64,000 bases of DNA from Planctomycetota bacterium (GTDB taxonomy: Bacteria; Planctomycetota; Phycisphaerae; WQYP01): assembly GCA_021805985.1 (NCBI GenBank), contig JAJZDN010000008.1, forward strand, positions 26,319-90,318, in the 5' to 3' direction. Every line of letters starts with the position of its first letter. Position 1 is the stretch's first letter. Both the position numbers and the translations under genes were made by a program. The notes below the pieces were generated by a model. That model worked only from the letters and a program-made list of their open reading frames with translations, had not been told where the DNA came from and did not search any database. This document shows, one piece after another, positions 9,536 to 20,064 of the stretch.

Positions 9536-11529
9536 AGCCGCGATTTCCCTTTTCACGCCGCCGGACGGACAACCCGCAGTCCGCAGCGCAACAGCGCACG
9601 GGGCCATCCGGCGGCGTATCGCCCTTGGATTCAGATTTTGAGCCCGATCGCAAGCCTATTGAACGCAAGGTTCTCCGGGGCGTGCTGGGCTGGATGCGGC
9701 CCTATCGCAATGCCTATATTCTTACCACCGTGGTGGGCACGATGGTGAATTTACTGGAAATGATCACGCCGCGTTATATGCAGCAATTGGTGGACACGGA
9801 TATTCCCGGAAAACATCCAAATATATTCACATCCTTTATTATCAATATGATCACGGAGGTTAATGTCGGGGCCGCGGGAACGCTGGCGCATCTGGGTCGG
9901 CGGGAGCTGGCGTATTGGAATATTACATCCACCATTGCTGCGTGGGCTTTAACCATGACTTTGGCGCTGCTGCTGCAGCGCTTCGGAATTTATTACACCA
10001 CATTGATCGGGCAGAAAGTGATTTTCACGCTGCGCCGGGCGGTTTTCGCGCATTTGCAGGAACTGTCCATGAACTTCTATGACAAAACACGTTTCGGCCG
10101 CATTCTCACGCGGGGCACCAGCGATATTGATTCCATGTCCAATTTTATCGTCTGGGGGATCAATACCGCTTTTTCCAACCTTACCATGATGCTCATTGCC
10201 GCAGGCATTATCATGCTGATGGACTGGCGCATCGGGCTGGCGGTACTGTGGCTGGGGCCGGTGCTTTATTTAATGAATAACTTTTATCGCCGGAAAGTGG
10301 GCGTCGCGTGGCGCATGACGCGTGAAGGCTATACACGCGTGAGCACCAATCTGGCGGAAAATATTTCCGGGATGCGCGTCGTGACCGCTTTTAACCGGCA
10401 GAATCAGAATCTGGATGTGTTTAATGATCTGCAAACCACCAACACCGCCAATAACATGCACGCCGCCTATATCAACGGCATTTATCAACCCCTGCTGGGG
10501 GTGGTGGGCTTTCTGGGAAAAGTCATTATTCTCCTGTTTGGCGCGTGGCTAGTTTTCCATACCGCCCATGGCCCGGCAAACCAGCGATTCAAAGTCGGGG
10601 AACTTGTGGCATTGTATGTTTACTGGGACTGGTTTATGGGGCCGGTCATTAACTTCGGCAATTTTTACAATGACACCATGATGGCCATGGCGTGTGCTGA
10701 GCGTGTCCAGAATCTGCTGGCGGAAAAGCCGCAAGTCACGGATGTACCCGATGCTCTGACACTTGCGGAAATTCGCGGTTCTGTGCGCTTTGAGCACGTA
10801 ACCTTCGGCTACGATCCCGCTAAGCCGGTGTTGCATGATGTTAATTTTGACGCCCAGGCAGGACAAACCATTGCGCTGGTCGGGCAGACCGGCTGCGGCA
10901 AATCCACGGTGATCAGTCTGATCTGCCGATTCTATCAACCCCAGCAGGGGCGAATTCTTATTGATGGTCATGATTTGCGGAAGATTCAGGGCGAAAGCCT
11001 GCACCGACAAACCGGAATTGTTTCTCAGAATAATTTTCTCTTCACAGGTACCGTCATGGATAACATCCGGTACACCCGCCCGGATGCGACGGACCAGCAG
11101 GTGCATGACGCCGCCCGGCAGTTGGATTGCTATGACATACTCTCTCGGCTTAAAGACGGTTTCCAGACCGATGTGGGTGAACGCGGCGGGTCACTTAGTC
11201 TGGGCCAGCGGCAACTGGTCTGCTTCTGCCGGGCGTTTCTGGCCAATCCCCGAATTTTAATTCTCGATGAAGCCACCAGCGCCATTGATACGCAAACCGA
11301 ACTGCTGATTCAAAAGGCTCTGGAACGCCTGGTGGAAAACCGCACCACGTTTATCGTAGCGCATCGCTTGAGCACCATCATTGGCGCCCATCAGGTGCTG
11401 GTGCTGGATCAGGGCCGTATTGTTGAACACGGAACTCATCAGAGCCTTCTGGATCACAATGGCCAATACGCCCGGCTCTACTACGAATTTACCCATGGCC
11501 ATGACGTTGCGCCGCATCAGGCTCCGTAG
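9532..11529 (+). CDS. ABC transporter permease/ATP-binding protein (exporter, heterodimer subunit B)
   Basis: ATGA start/stop overlap with the upstream subunit. Walker A GQTGCGKST, signature LSLGQRQ and Walker B ILILDEATSAID. Confidence 0.9.
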   Translation: MKPRFPFSRRRTDNPQSAAQQRTGPSGGVSPLDSDFEPDRKPIERKVLRGVLGWMRPYRNAYILTTVVGTMVNLLEMITPRYMQQLVDTDIPGKHPNIFTSFIINMITEVNVGAAGTLAHLGRRELAYWNITSTIAAWALTMTLALLLQRFGIYYTTLIGQKVIFTLRRAVFAHLQELSMNFYDKTRFGRILTRGTSDIDSMSNFIVWGINTAFSNLTMMLIAAGIIMLMDWRIGLAVLWLGPVLYLMNNFYRRKVGVAWRMTREGYTRVSTNLAENISGMRVVTAFNRQNQNLDVFNDLQTTNTANNMHAAYINGIYQPLLGVVGFLGKVIILLFGAWLVFHTAHGPANQRFKVGELVALYVYWDWFMGPVINFGNFYNDTMMAMACAERVQNLLAEKPQVTDVPDALTLAEIRGSVRFEHVTFGYDPAKPVLHDVNFDAQAGQTIALVGQTGCGKSTVISLICRFYQPQQGRILIDGHDLRKIQGESLHRQTGIVSQNNFLFTGTVMDNIRYTRPDATDQQVHDAARQLDCYDILSRLKDGFQTDVGERGGSLSLGQRQLVCFCRAFLANPRILILDEATSAIDTQTELLIQKALERLVENRTTFIVAHRLSTIIGAHQVLVLDQGRIVEHGTHQSLLDHNGQYARLYYEFTHGHDVAPHQAP

Positions 11530-11923
11530 CAGCCGCTCTGCATGAAAGAGTTTCAACGAAAAATACCTGCGTTGTTTTCAAGTGAGAATCGCCCACGTAG
11601 CTCAATGCGGCAGCGTTGAGTTGTTCGCGGAATGTGATCTGCTTGCCCGATGCCTTCTGTCCCGTCGCGGTTGCCCCAGCCCGTGACGACTTACGACGCG
11701 GTCTTTTCCGTGGCAACGTTTCGCACCAAACCCTGATGCTGCCGCATCAGGCTAGCTTTCCGTCCAGCGCATGCATGTCGCGTGGCAATACCGCGACTGT
11801 CCAAACCGGCGGGTGAAATCCATGCTGGCGATTGCCGCGGAGAGTGACGAGATGTTTTGGGACGCAAAAAATCTTTTGCGGAACAAAAATTTCTCAAGTT
11901 TTGCGTGCAGCCGGCGCGGCATA

Positions 11924-11929
11924 CGCTAT
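11924..11929 (+). promoter_or_regulatory. Candidate sigma70-type -10 box (TATAAT) about 50 nt upstream of the 11979 CDS
   Basis: A perfect TATAAT with a TTGCGT about 20 nt upstream. The spacing is suboptimal. Confidence 0.2.
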
Positions 11930-11978
11930 AATCTAAGTTAGAGCTGTGAGGGTGGTGTTACTTTTCGGGAGGTGCAAT

Positions 11979-12884
11979 ATGCGGCGCTCGCCAAAAAATC
12001 CGGAGAGTGTGGATATTTCTTCCGCGCTCTCTGGCTGGAGTTTTGAACCTGGACAGGTCAATGTTCGCATTATCCGCGGACGCGACGGAAAAGCTAAAAT
12101 TCAGTTACGGCTGGATCTGGGACTGCTGCAAATGGAAGTCAGCGGCCGACCCGATGGCAAACGGCCGCACAAACATGCCTCCGAGTTGGATTACCAACTT
12201 CATCGTTTGAAAAAACACCGTGACGCCAGCGGTGAGGAGAAAGATTTTCAGCTTACGCGGCGCGAATGTCAGGTATTACGCGAAGAATCCGCGATGTTTT
12301 ATCATCGCTATTTAAGCCTCTTTGTGCTGGGACAATATGATGGCGTGGTGCGCGACACGCGCCATAATATCGGGGTGCTTAACTTGTGCCATAAGTTCGG
12401 CCCCACCGAGCACGATCGGGAAATTCTCGAACAGTATCGTCCCTATATTATCATGATGGAAGGGCGCGCCCGCGCCTGTGCCGCTTTGCGTGATGGCTAC
12501 ACCAATACGGCGATCGCTTTTCTCCGCGGCACACTGCGCAACGTGATTCACACTTATGGCAACCCCGCCGCCAAAGAATCTCCGGAAGCCTTAATTTTGT
12601 CGGATATGATTCATGACATTCGCCGACAGTTGCCGCCCGACCCGCGTGAGGAACTCAATAAGTTGCTGAAAAAAGCCCTGGCTGGCGAAAAATATGAAGA
12701 GGCGGCGCAATTGCGGGACCAACTTATGGCTCTGCATGCCGCCGGTGCTGTGACGATGGTTAAACCTGCGTTGCGGACAGTCACCGCCAAACGCCGGGCG
12801 GCCACAGCGCGGAAATCCCGCCGCAAAGTTACACCGGATTCACAAGCTCAAGACCATTCCGCCAAGGACCCCGGTACCGCCTGA
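11979..12884 (+). CDS. Hypothetical protein with a C-terminal UVR (UvrB/UvrC-type) motif
   Basis: GGGAGGTG RBS 6 nt before the ATG at 11979. The EEAAQLRDQLMALHAAG segment matches the UVR coiled-coil motif. Confidence 0.5.
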   Translation: MRRSPKNPESVDISSALSGWSFEPGQVNVRIIRGRDGKAKIQLRLDLGLLQMEVSGRPDGKRPHKHASELDYQLHRLKKHRDASGEEKDFQLTRRECQVLREESAMFYHRYLSLFVLGQYDGVVRDTRHNIGVLNLCHKFGPTEHDREILEQYRPYIIMMEGRARACAALRDGYTNTAIAFLRGTLRNVIHTYGNPAAKESPEALILSDMIHDIRRQLPPDPREELNKLLKKALAGEKYEEAAQLRDQLMALHAAGAVTMVKPALRTVTAKRRAATARKSRRKVTPDSQAQDHSAKDPGTA

Positions 12885-13026
12885 CATCGCCTGAATCTTG
12901 ACATGTAGCACTGCGCGTGTTACGGTTCAATACTGTGCGGACGGCTTTGGGCGGAGAAATCGTATCATGCCTGCTGCTGATTCAGCGGGCCGATCAGGCC
13001 TTCATCGCATCGGAGATACAGAATTT

Positions 13027-14076
13027 ATGACGAAGCGGCAAAAACGCGTGGTACTGTCCCTGCTGGGTTCAGCGGGTTTATTTTTAACCCAGTTAGCCTC
13101 CGCTGCTGCCCCACCTTTACCGCTGCCAAGCCGCGGTACGCCTTCCGCATCGGACCAAACCAAAATCGCCGCCTTTGTGCAATATTACGCACAGCAAATG
13201 TCGGCCGCAGTGCGTGGCCGTGCGATGATTCGCGCCCGGCGGAAGCTGCTGGCCCCGCTGCTCTCAAAAAAAAATCCGCCATCCGCTGAATTTACCTACG
13301 ATTTTGGCACGCAGGTGGCCAATGATTTTACTTCCCTTTTGTCCAACAAAAAAACGGCCCTGAATGCCGCCATCACCGTCGGCTCAATTAACGACATCAG
13401 TATGCAGGCTCCACTCCAGGCCGCATTAACCAATGCCAGTCCCGCGGTTCGCTATTGGGGAGCCAAAGGAATGGGGAATATTTTCTCCGCCCTGATGTCC
13501 ATCGGGCCGGCCTACCAGCAGGGGGTCACGGCTGTTGAGCAAGCCCTCACCATTGAAACCGACCCGCTTGTCGCCGAAGAGATGAGCTCGGTTTTATTGA
13601 CACAAAATCCTCTTCCCCCCGGCTTGGCCAATCTCATCGCCAAAGCCGTGGCCCGTGGTATTGCACACTATCAGGATGTGGTGCCCACCAATCTGGATAT
13701 CATCAGCAGCCTGGTGGCAGACTTGGCGGAAGTGGCCCAGCATGGTGCCACTTTGACCGATGCCCAAAAGCTCGCAGCGATGAACACATTAACCGTTCTG
13801 ATGAGTGATACCGCACAATATCTTCGTGCGCACTTATTGGATCGCAAACAGATGCTTTCCGCATTTGCTGCCATCAACAATGCCGCCAATGCCATGAACG
13901 CCATTACCGGAACGACCAATTTTTCGCTTTCCGGGCTTAATGCCCAAAGCAACCCAGCCGCGGTTCTTCTAGCGGTCAATGCCATTACCGGCTCTCAAGG
14001 GCAGCCCGGCGCGGTGCAGAAACTTTTTCCAAACGTCCCCATCCCGCACAGGATTTCTGCTCTGCAAGCCCATTAA
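13027..14076 (+). CDS. Secreted hypothetical protein (Ala-rich, HEAT-like repeats)
   Basis: Signal peptide MTKRQKRVVLSLLGSAGLFLTQLASAAA. PAVRYWGAKGMGNI-type repeat helices. Confidence 0.45.
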   Translation: MTKRQKRVVLSLLGSAGLFLTQLASAAAPPLPLPSRGTPSASDQTKIAAFVQYYAQQMSAAVRGRAMIRARRKLLAPLLSKKNPPSAEFTYDFGTQVANDFTSLLSNKKTALNAAITVGSINDISMQAPLQAALTNASPAVRYWGAKGMGNIFSALMSIGPAYQQGVTAVEQALTIETDPLVAEEMSSVLLTQNPLPPGLANLIAKAVARGIAHYQDVVPTNLDIISSLVADLAEVAQHGATLTDAQKLAAMNTLTVLMSDTAQYLRAHLLDRKQMLSAFAAINNAANAMNAITGTTNFSLSGLNAQSNPAAVLLAVNAITGSQGQPGAVQKLFPNVPIPHRISALQAH

Positions 14077-14109
14077 TCCGGCGGTTTCACGCGAAGCGTT
14101 GTTGCACTT

Positions 14110-15438
14110 ATGCCCGAAAAATTGCCTGATGTCATTACCATTACTCCGCCCGGGCGGCCTTTTAAGGCCTCTCCCCGTATTGCGGGCAGCAAAAGTATTA
14201 CCAACCGCGCGCTGCCTCTGGCGGCGATGGCCGAGGGGAAAAGCACCCTCACGGGCGTACTTTTCGCCGATGACACGCTGCGGATGATTGAAGCTTTGCA
14301 AAAGCTGGGCTTTACGCTCGCCGTTGATAAGCCAGGGAAAAGTATTTCAATTGAAGGCTTAGGCGGAAAAATTCCCAATGCCTCGGCCGAATTATTTTGC
14401 GGTAATTCTGGCACGACCATTCGCTTTCTTGCGGCACTGTGTGCTGCCGGTGATGGGCGATACGTGCTCGATGGCGTGGAACGTATGCGACAGCGTCCCA
14501 TTGGCGAACTCGTTGAGGCTCTTGGAGCCATTGGCGCAAGCGCCGATTACACCGGCCAACCGGGCTATCCGCCGGTTCGGGTGGGGGGCGGCATTTCAGG
14601 CGGTACATGCCGTTTCGCGGCCAGCCAAAGCAGTCAATACATTTCGGCCATTCTCATGGCCGCGCCCCTGGCCCGCAACGCCGTGAATGTGGAATTAATC
14701 GGCCCGGTCACCAGTGAGCCGTATGTTCGCATGACCCTCTCTATGATGCAGCAGTTTGGTATAACCTGCCGGACGGGTCGCTGTGCGGACAATTCTCCAG
14801 CCAATCGGGTTATTCATATTCCCCACGGCAGCGGCTACAAAGCTCGGCCATACGCCATTGAACCCGACGCCAGCAATGCCAGCTATTTTCTCGCCGCTGC
14901 CGCAATATGTCCTGGAGCCCAAGTGACCATTCACGGTTTAGGTCGTGATTCTCTGCAGGGGGATGTTCTGTTTGCTGATCTATTGCGGCAAATGGGAGCC
15001 AATATGATGATGGAAGCAGATACTATTCATCTGGGCGGAGGCCGTAATCTCACCGGCATTACCGTCAATATGAATGGGATTCCGGATATGGTTCAAACAC
15101 TGGCAGTGGTGGCTTTATTTGCCCAAGGTCGTACACGGATTGTTAACGTGGGAAATTTGCGGGTAAAAGAAACCGATCGCCTGGCCGCGCTGGAAAAAGA
15201 ACTCACAAAACTTGGCGCTGTGGTGTCCACCACCGTTGATAGTATTGTCATTGATCCGCCGGCCAAACCGCACGGTGCCCGCATCTGCACGTATGATGAT
15301 CACCGCATGGCAATGGCCTTTGCGGTTGCCGGTACGCGCATCCCGGGTGTCGAAATTGAGAATCCGCTTTGCGCCGCCAAGACCTACCCTGAATTCTTTC
15401 AGGACTTTGAAGCCTGTATTACAGCCCGTAGTGCTTAG
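14110..15438 (+). CDS. aroA: 3-phosphoshikimate 1-carboxyvinyltransferase (EPSP synthase)
   Basis: KSITNRALPLAAMAEGKSTL matches the EPSP synthase N-terminal signature. Length 442 aa. A conserved LRVKETDR arginine/aspartate motif is present. Confidence 0.9.
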   Translation: MPEKLPDVITITPPGRPFKASPRIAGSKSITNRALPLAAMAEGKSTLTGVLFADDTLRMIEALQKLGFTLAVDKPGKSISIEGLGGKIPNASAELFCGNSGTTIRFLAALCAAGDGRYVLDGVERMRQRPIGELVEALGAIGASADYTGQPGYPPVRVGGGISGGTCRFAASQSSQYISAILMAAPLARNAVNVELIGPVTSEPYVRMTLSMMQQFGITCRTGRCADNSPANRVIHIPHGSGYKARPYAIEPDASNASYFLAAAAICPGAQVTIHGLGRDSLQGDVLFADLLRQMGANMMMEADTIHLGGGRNLTGITVNMNGIPDMVQTLAVVALFAQGRTRIVNVGNLRVKETDRLAALEKELTKLGAVVSTTVDSIVIDPPAKPHGARICTYDDHRMAMAFAVAGTRIPGVEIENPLCAAKTYPEFFQDFEACITARSA

Positions 15439-15712
15439 CGCTCCAGCCCTTAATGCGGCCCCGGCTCGGTTTGCGGCCATGATTGGCGGCCTTGCCGGCC
15501 CAACGTAACTTATGATTTCTTTTTCTGCGTGCCATGTTCTGATCCTTAAGCCTATCAACCGTCCATTAACAAATTCAAAGCTCCGCAGTATACCCCGGAC
15601 GCCAGAAAATCGCAAAAGCCCGGACCTGATGCTGGGATCTGATGAGAAAATCCAAGCGAAAAGCCGCCTTCCCGCCTTGCCGTTGACGGCTGCTGGGGAT
15701 ACTGTGGCGGGC

Positions 15713-17236
15713 ATGTCGAATCGCCGATGGTTTAAGTTTTATTGCGTTGTGGGGGTAATTCTCGGGATTGTGTTTTTGGCCCCGACGCTGCGTGCCATGG
15801 CACCCCCTGGCCAGATGCGCATTGCCTTAGACGGCGGCGTGGTTCCCCATGTAAATTCTTGGGTAACACTGCGGCTGACACTTCCGCCAGTTTCAGGCAG
15901 CAATATTACCGTGGAACTTCAGGATCTTCGCGGCGGCCCGACTGTTCGCCGCCGCTTGGCGGTGTATCGCCGCCATATTCTTATGCCCATGCCCTATGTT
16001 TCCGGGGCGGGCGGCTTGGGCGGCGCGTGGCCGGTGGTGGTCAAGCTTTTTCGTTCCGGGAAGCTCTTGGGGGTGCTGCACGCTCAGATTGACCTGCCTT
16101 TATCACACGCCGAAGGTGCAATATCTGTTGCGGTCCTCAGAGCGATGCGGTCAGAAATTCCGGCATTATCCTTAGCGTTGGGCAAACCGGTAACACCCCT
16201 GGTATTCTCCCGCCGCCAACTGACCTCCTCGCCGGCGCTCACTGTTGCATCGTGTCGATGGTTATTGCTCAATGGGACTACCGCACAGCAACTTTCCCGC
16301 CGTCGGGTATTGGACCTATTGAGCTTGGGGATACGTCTGGTTTATTTCGGTGCCGGGCGGGGCAGCCTTTTGCCATCATCCGCTTGGAGGATCATCGGAA
16401 AATCCGCCAACGGTCTGGCGATCTGGAAAACCCTGAGGCTTAATGGTTTTTCCCGCGGCCCACCGATGGTTGTCCCTCATCTTTCCCGTATGCGATTGCC
16501 GCCGCTGCATGCCCCAACGTCATGGGAAATGGTCGCATGGGCCATTGGGCCCGTAACCATTCTCATGGCGATTCTGCTGCGCTGGGCAGTGCCACGAGGA
16601 TGGTATTTTATATTAAGCATTGCTATCGGCGTGGCGTTGCTTTCCACCGCTGCGGTTTGCTTTCTGACCGCCACCACCGCCGCAGCCCAAAGCACGTTTC
16701 ACTGGCAAACTGATTTTCCGACCGCACCGGTGCGCATAGGCACAACCATCCGAATAAATCGCGCGTTGCACGGCGCCGGCTGGGTGGCGCCCCATACGCG
16801 TGGCATCATGCTGCCGGTGGCGTGGTCGGCGCGGGCGTGGTTCGCCTTTCATGGGGTTATCAGTTTGCATCGCAACACGACCACGTTGGCCTATTCCATG
16901 ACGCGCCACGTTACCATTCTGGCCTGTCAAACCCGTGCTACGGTGACCTCCACGTTTCCGCGAGGCGCATTAAGGCCGTCCAGCGGGCCTTCAGGCGTGC
17001 GGGCTTCCGGGTTTCCAACCGGTTACAGCGCGTTATTTGCACAGGGGCAGATTTTTCTTTCCGCACATCCACGTCATGGCCGGGACTTTTATAATTGGCT
17101 CAACCGCCAACCTCCGCAGGTGCAATCTACGCTCCGCCTGTGGCTGTTGCTGCAATTTAATCCGCGGCGGCGCTATGCGCTGTATACCTCGGTGAACCGC
17201 TTGCGGGTCATGCCCCTGGCGGCTTCCCTGCACTGA
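15713..17236 (+). CDS. Hypothetical membrane protein
   Basis: Long ORF with several hydrophobic segments starting MSNRRWFKFYCVVGVILGIVFLA. No motif was recognised. The Arg-rich composition means part of it may be spurious. Confidence 0.35.
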   Translation: MSNRRWFKFYCVVGVILGIVFLAPTLRAMAPPGQMRIALDGGVVPHVNSWVTLRLTLPPVSGSNITVELQDLRGGPTVRRRLAVYRRHILMPMPYVSGAGGLGGAWPVVVKLFRSGKLLGVLHAQIDLPLSHAEGAISVAVLRAMRSEIPALSLALGKPVTPLVFSRRQLTSSPALTVASCRWLLLNGTTAQQLSRRRVLDLLSLGIRLVYFGAGRGSLLPSSAWRIIGKSANGLAIWKTLRLNGFSRGPPMVVPHLSRMRLPPLHAPTSWEMVAWAIGPVTILMAILLRWAVPRGWYFILSIAIGVALLSTAAVCFLTATTAAAQSTFHWQTDFPTAPVRIGTTIRINRALHGAGWVAPHTRGIMLPVAWSARAWFAFHGVISLHRNTTTLAYSMTRHVTILACQTRATVTSTFPRGALRPSSGPSGVRASGFPTGYSALFAQGQIFLSAHPRHGRDFYNWLNRQPPQVQSTLRLWLLLQFNPRRRYALYTSVNRLRVMPLAASLH

Positions 17237-17244
17237 TCAATGTT

Positions 17245-18183
17245 TTACAGACCCGCCAAGCGCACATCCTGCTGATCCAGGCAATGCCTTACCTGATCCA
17301 CATGTTCGCCCGTGAGTTGTTTAAGGGCTTCCAGATATTTTCGCCGCGTTTGCTGCACCACATCCGTGGGCAAGGTGGGGCCGGGCGGGCGTTTATTCCA
17401 GGTTAATGTTTCCAGATAATTTCTAACATATTGCTTATCAAAGCTGATCTGTTCCAGTCCTGGTTTGTAATCCACCAGGGGCCAGAAGCGCGAACTGTCT
17501 GGCGTGAGAACTTCATCTATAAGAATGGGGCGTCCGGTTTTCGCATCCAGTCCGAATTCAAATTTGGTGTCCGCCACAATCAGGCCGTGCAGGCGTGCCG
17601 CCTCTGCGGCAATATTGTAAAGCTTGATGGATGTATCACGTAATTCCGTCATCACGCCGCGCCCAACTTTATCGCATGCCTGATCAAACGTAATACTTTC
17701 ATCGTGCCCCTTTTCGGCCTTGGTCGTGGGCGTAAAAATGGGTGTGGGCAATTGCTGGGATAGCATCAAACCATGCGGTAATTTTACTCCGCAGATGGCA
17801 CCGTTTTTTTTGTATTCTTTCCAGCCGCCGCCGGCAATATAACCGCGTACCACGCATTCAATAGGTATCACCGCAGTTTTGCGCACCACCACCGATCGCC
17901 CAGCCAATTGCGCGCGAAAAGGCCTTAGCGCCGCGGGAAATTCCGCCGGCCGCGTGGCCAACAGATGGTGCTTGATATGCGGTGCGAAAAGTGTGAACCA
18001 GTAATTGCTTAATGCTGTGAGGATAATTCCCTTTTCCGGTATGGGCGTAGGTAAAATAACATCAAAAGCGCTGATGCGATCCGTAGCCACAATCAGCAAT
18101 TGCGTGCCAAGATCATACACATCGCGCACCTTGCCGCGCCGCAGTGGAAAACCGGGAATTTCTGTTTCTATAACCGTAGCCAA
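17245..18183 (-). CDS. purC: Phosphoribosylaminoimidazole-succinocarboxamide synthase (SAICAR synthetase, long form)
   Basis: GKVRDVYDLG, ADTKFEFG and the overall length match PurC. Confidence 0.9.
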   Translation of the reverse strand: MATVIETEIPGFPLRRGKVRDVYDLGTQLLIVATDRISAFDVILPTPIPEKGIILTALSNYWFTLFAPHIKHHLLATRPAEFPAALRPFRAQLAGRSVVVRKTAVIPIECVVRGYIAGGGWKEYKKNGAICGVKLPHGLMLSQQLPTPIFTPTTKAEKGHDESITFDQACDKVGRGVMTELRDTSIKLYNIAAEAARLHGLIVADTKFEFGLDAKTGRPILIDEVLTPDSSRFWPLVDYKPGLEQISFDKQYVRNYLETLTWNKRPPGPTLPTDVVQQTRRKYLEALKQLTGEHVDQVRHCLDQQDVRLAGL

Positions 18184-18451
18184 AATACTCTTCTGCCTTT
18201 CCAGTACCCTGAATCGCCGCTAGTTTAGAGATTCGCGGCCGGTATGCAATAGCGCCTCATTAGAGTGCCTCATTAGAGAAGAGAAAATAGAGAGTTGAAA
18301 GTAGCGCAAATTTGGCTGGCCCAAAACAGTGGCTGTGGCGGAGGCGGCGTGGCACCGGCAGAGATAGGCGCAACGTGTTGCCATATTTTTCATTATGACG
18401 GGTGTCAGTTGGCCAAGAGGGCCAGGTGTTTTAACCCTTGGCACTCAGGAG

Positions 18452-18466
18452 GGAGTTAGGAGTTAG
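18452..18466. repeat. GGAGTTA heptamer tandem repeat (2 copies), left boundary of the island
   Basis: ggagttaggagttag. Its reverse complement is found as 4 tandem copies at 21614-21646. Confidence 0.6.
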
Positions 18467-18804
18467 TGCGCGGTTACAGGCTACAGAAATCCGAGGGGGT
18501 AATTTTATTATTCTTTTCAGCGGTGCTTTTCCAATCTGCGGTAGATGGGATTGCTTTATCAGGCCTTTTCGATTTGTGACACTGCGTCACGAATTACGTG
18601 CTGTTGGCGCGCGTCGATCACACCGAGGCAAGGAGGCAGCAGAGAACTGGAGTTCCCCGCGCACCGATTAGGCACTTCGATACGCTGTATTGTGAGATGA
18701 GAAACCCGGCAGTGGGGGGGAGGCCAACGCTGCGCCGTTAGGGCGGGATTAAAGATTTCCGCAAGGCAGGTTATGATCCTGGCCGGAAAGACGAGGATTG
18801 ATCC

Positions 18805-20064
18805 ATGGTCCGATTAATTGAAACGATGAACTACCGATCACTGAAGCGCGTGCGGCAGGAGCTGGATGAGTTCCATGTGCTCGTGGGGCCTAATGCCAGC
18901 GGCAAGAGCACCTTCATGGACGTGTTGGCATTTCTAAGCCGCCTGGTGAACGATGGGTTGGATGCCGCGATTGCCGAGCGAGGTACGTTTGATGATCTCT
19001 GCTGGAACCGCGCGGGACAAAGGTTTGAATTGGCCATTGAGGTTGTCCTGCCGGAGGACTATCGGCAGCTACAGCACGTCTTTCGGGGCGTAGAGCCTTG
19101 CGCCATTCGGTATGAGTTGGCCATTGCAAAGGATGCAGCGGGCACTGTCAAGATCGTTGACGAGCAGGTGCTGCTGGCACGCGACAGCGCCACCTATGAT
19201 CCGGCGGCGTTGAGCAAGGGCATGGAGGATACGGTCTTCATGACGACCACCGGTAACGGTTCTTGGGTTAAGCTGTTAGCGACCACGAAGGCTGGCCCGG
19301 AGTATGCGCTCTCGCGGGAAGTCCAGGACCTCGCACGGCCAGATGAGGATCGATACCACGTGGTGTACCGTCCCAACGGCAAGCGGCCGATCTTTGGAAA
19401 TGTCTCCGAAATTGAGTTCCCGAGCACTGTTGCGCTGGGGCTGCTTCTAAGAGACCAAATCACCAGAGTCGATGTTCGGTCTGACGCCCTGCGTGCGCCG
19501 TCAGCTCCCGGCCAGGGGGCGAGGTTTTCTGGCGATGGGGGAAATCTTCCGTGGTTGATTGATGACCTGAAGGAGAACAAAGTACAGCAATATAGTGATT
19601 GGATCAGGCACGTGAAGACGGCGTTGCGGGGCTTCGAGAGCGTGCGGGTTGTCGAACGTCCGGAGGATCGGAAGCGGTATCTGATGATCCGGTATGCCGG
19701 CGGGCTTGAGGTGCCATCCTGGTGCTGCTCCGACGGTACGTTGTGCCTGCTGGCGCTGACTTTTCTGGCGTATCACTCCAAGCCTGGGGATGTCTATCTG
19801 GTGGAAGAACCGGAATCCCACATCCATCCACTGAACATCGAGCCGGTGATGCAATCCCTCGGCAGTGTTTATGGCGGGCAGGTGCTGGTCTCCACCCATT
19901 CGCCCGCCGTGCTGGCGTTAACGGACGTGGAGGACGTGCTGGCGTTCTCGGCTGATCCGCAAAATGGCACGCGCATTGTGCCCGGCAAGGACCATCCCCG
20001 GCTCCGGGATTGGAAGGGCGAGATAAGTCTCGGGACGCTGTTTGCCAGTGGAGTGCTGGGATGA
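18805..20064 (+). CDS. AAA_21 / ABC-type ATPase (OLD/RloA/AriA-like)
   Basis: Walker A GPNASGKST near the N-terminus, a long insert, then Walker B VYLVEEPESHIHP and an H-loop STHSP. This is the architecture of OLD/PARIS/Gabija-class ABC ATPases. Confidence 0.8.
   Translation: MVRLIETMNYRSLKRVRQELDEFHVLVGPNASGKSTFMDVLAFLSRLVNDGLDAAIAERGTFDDLCWNRAGQRFELAIEVVLPEDYRQLQHVFRGVEPCAIRYELAIAKDAAGTVKIVDEQVLLARDSATYDPAALSKGMEDTVFMTTTGNGSWVKLLATTKAGPEYALSREVQDLARPDEDRYHVVYRPNGKRPIFGNVSEIEFPSTVALGLLLRDQITRVDVRSDALRAPSAPGQGARFSGDGGNLPWLIDDLKENKVQQYSDWIRHVKTALRGFESVRVVERPEDRKRYLMIRYAGGLEVPSWCCSDGTLCLLALTFLAYHSKPGDVYLVEEPESHIHPLNIEPVMQSLGSVYGGQVLVSTHSPAVLALTDVEDVLAFSADPQNGTRIVPGKDHPRLRDWKGEISLGTLFASGVLG

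Noticed and set aside
20010-20060. ORF-track start at 20010 for the DUF4276-like gene
   Set aside because: It would overlap the ATPase by 55 nt in another frame. The ATG at 20061 gives a classic ATGA coupling and the N-terminus begins at the conserved region.
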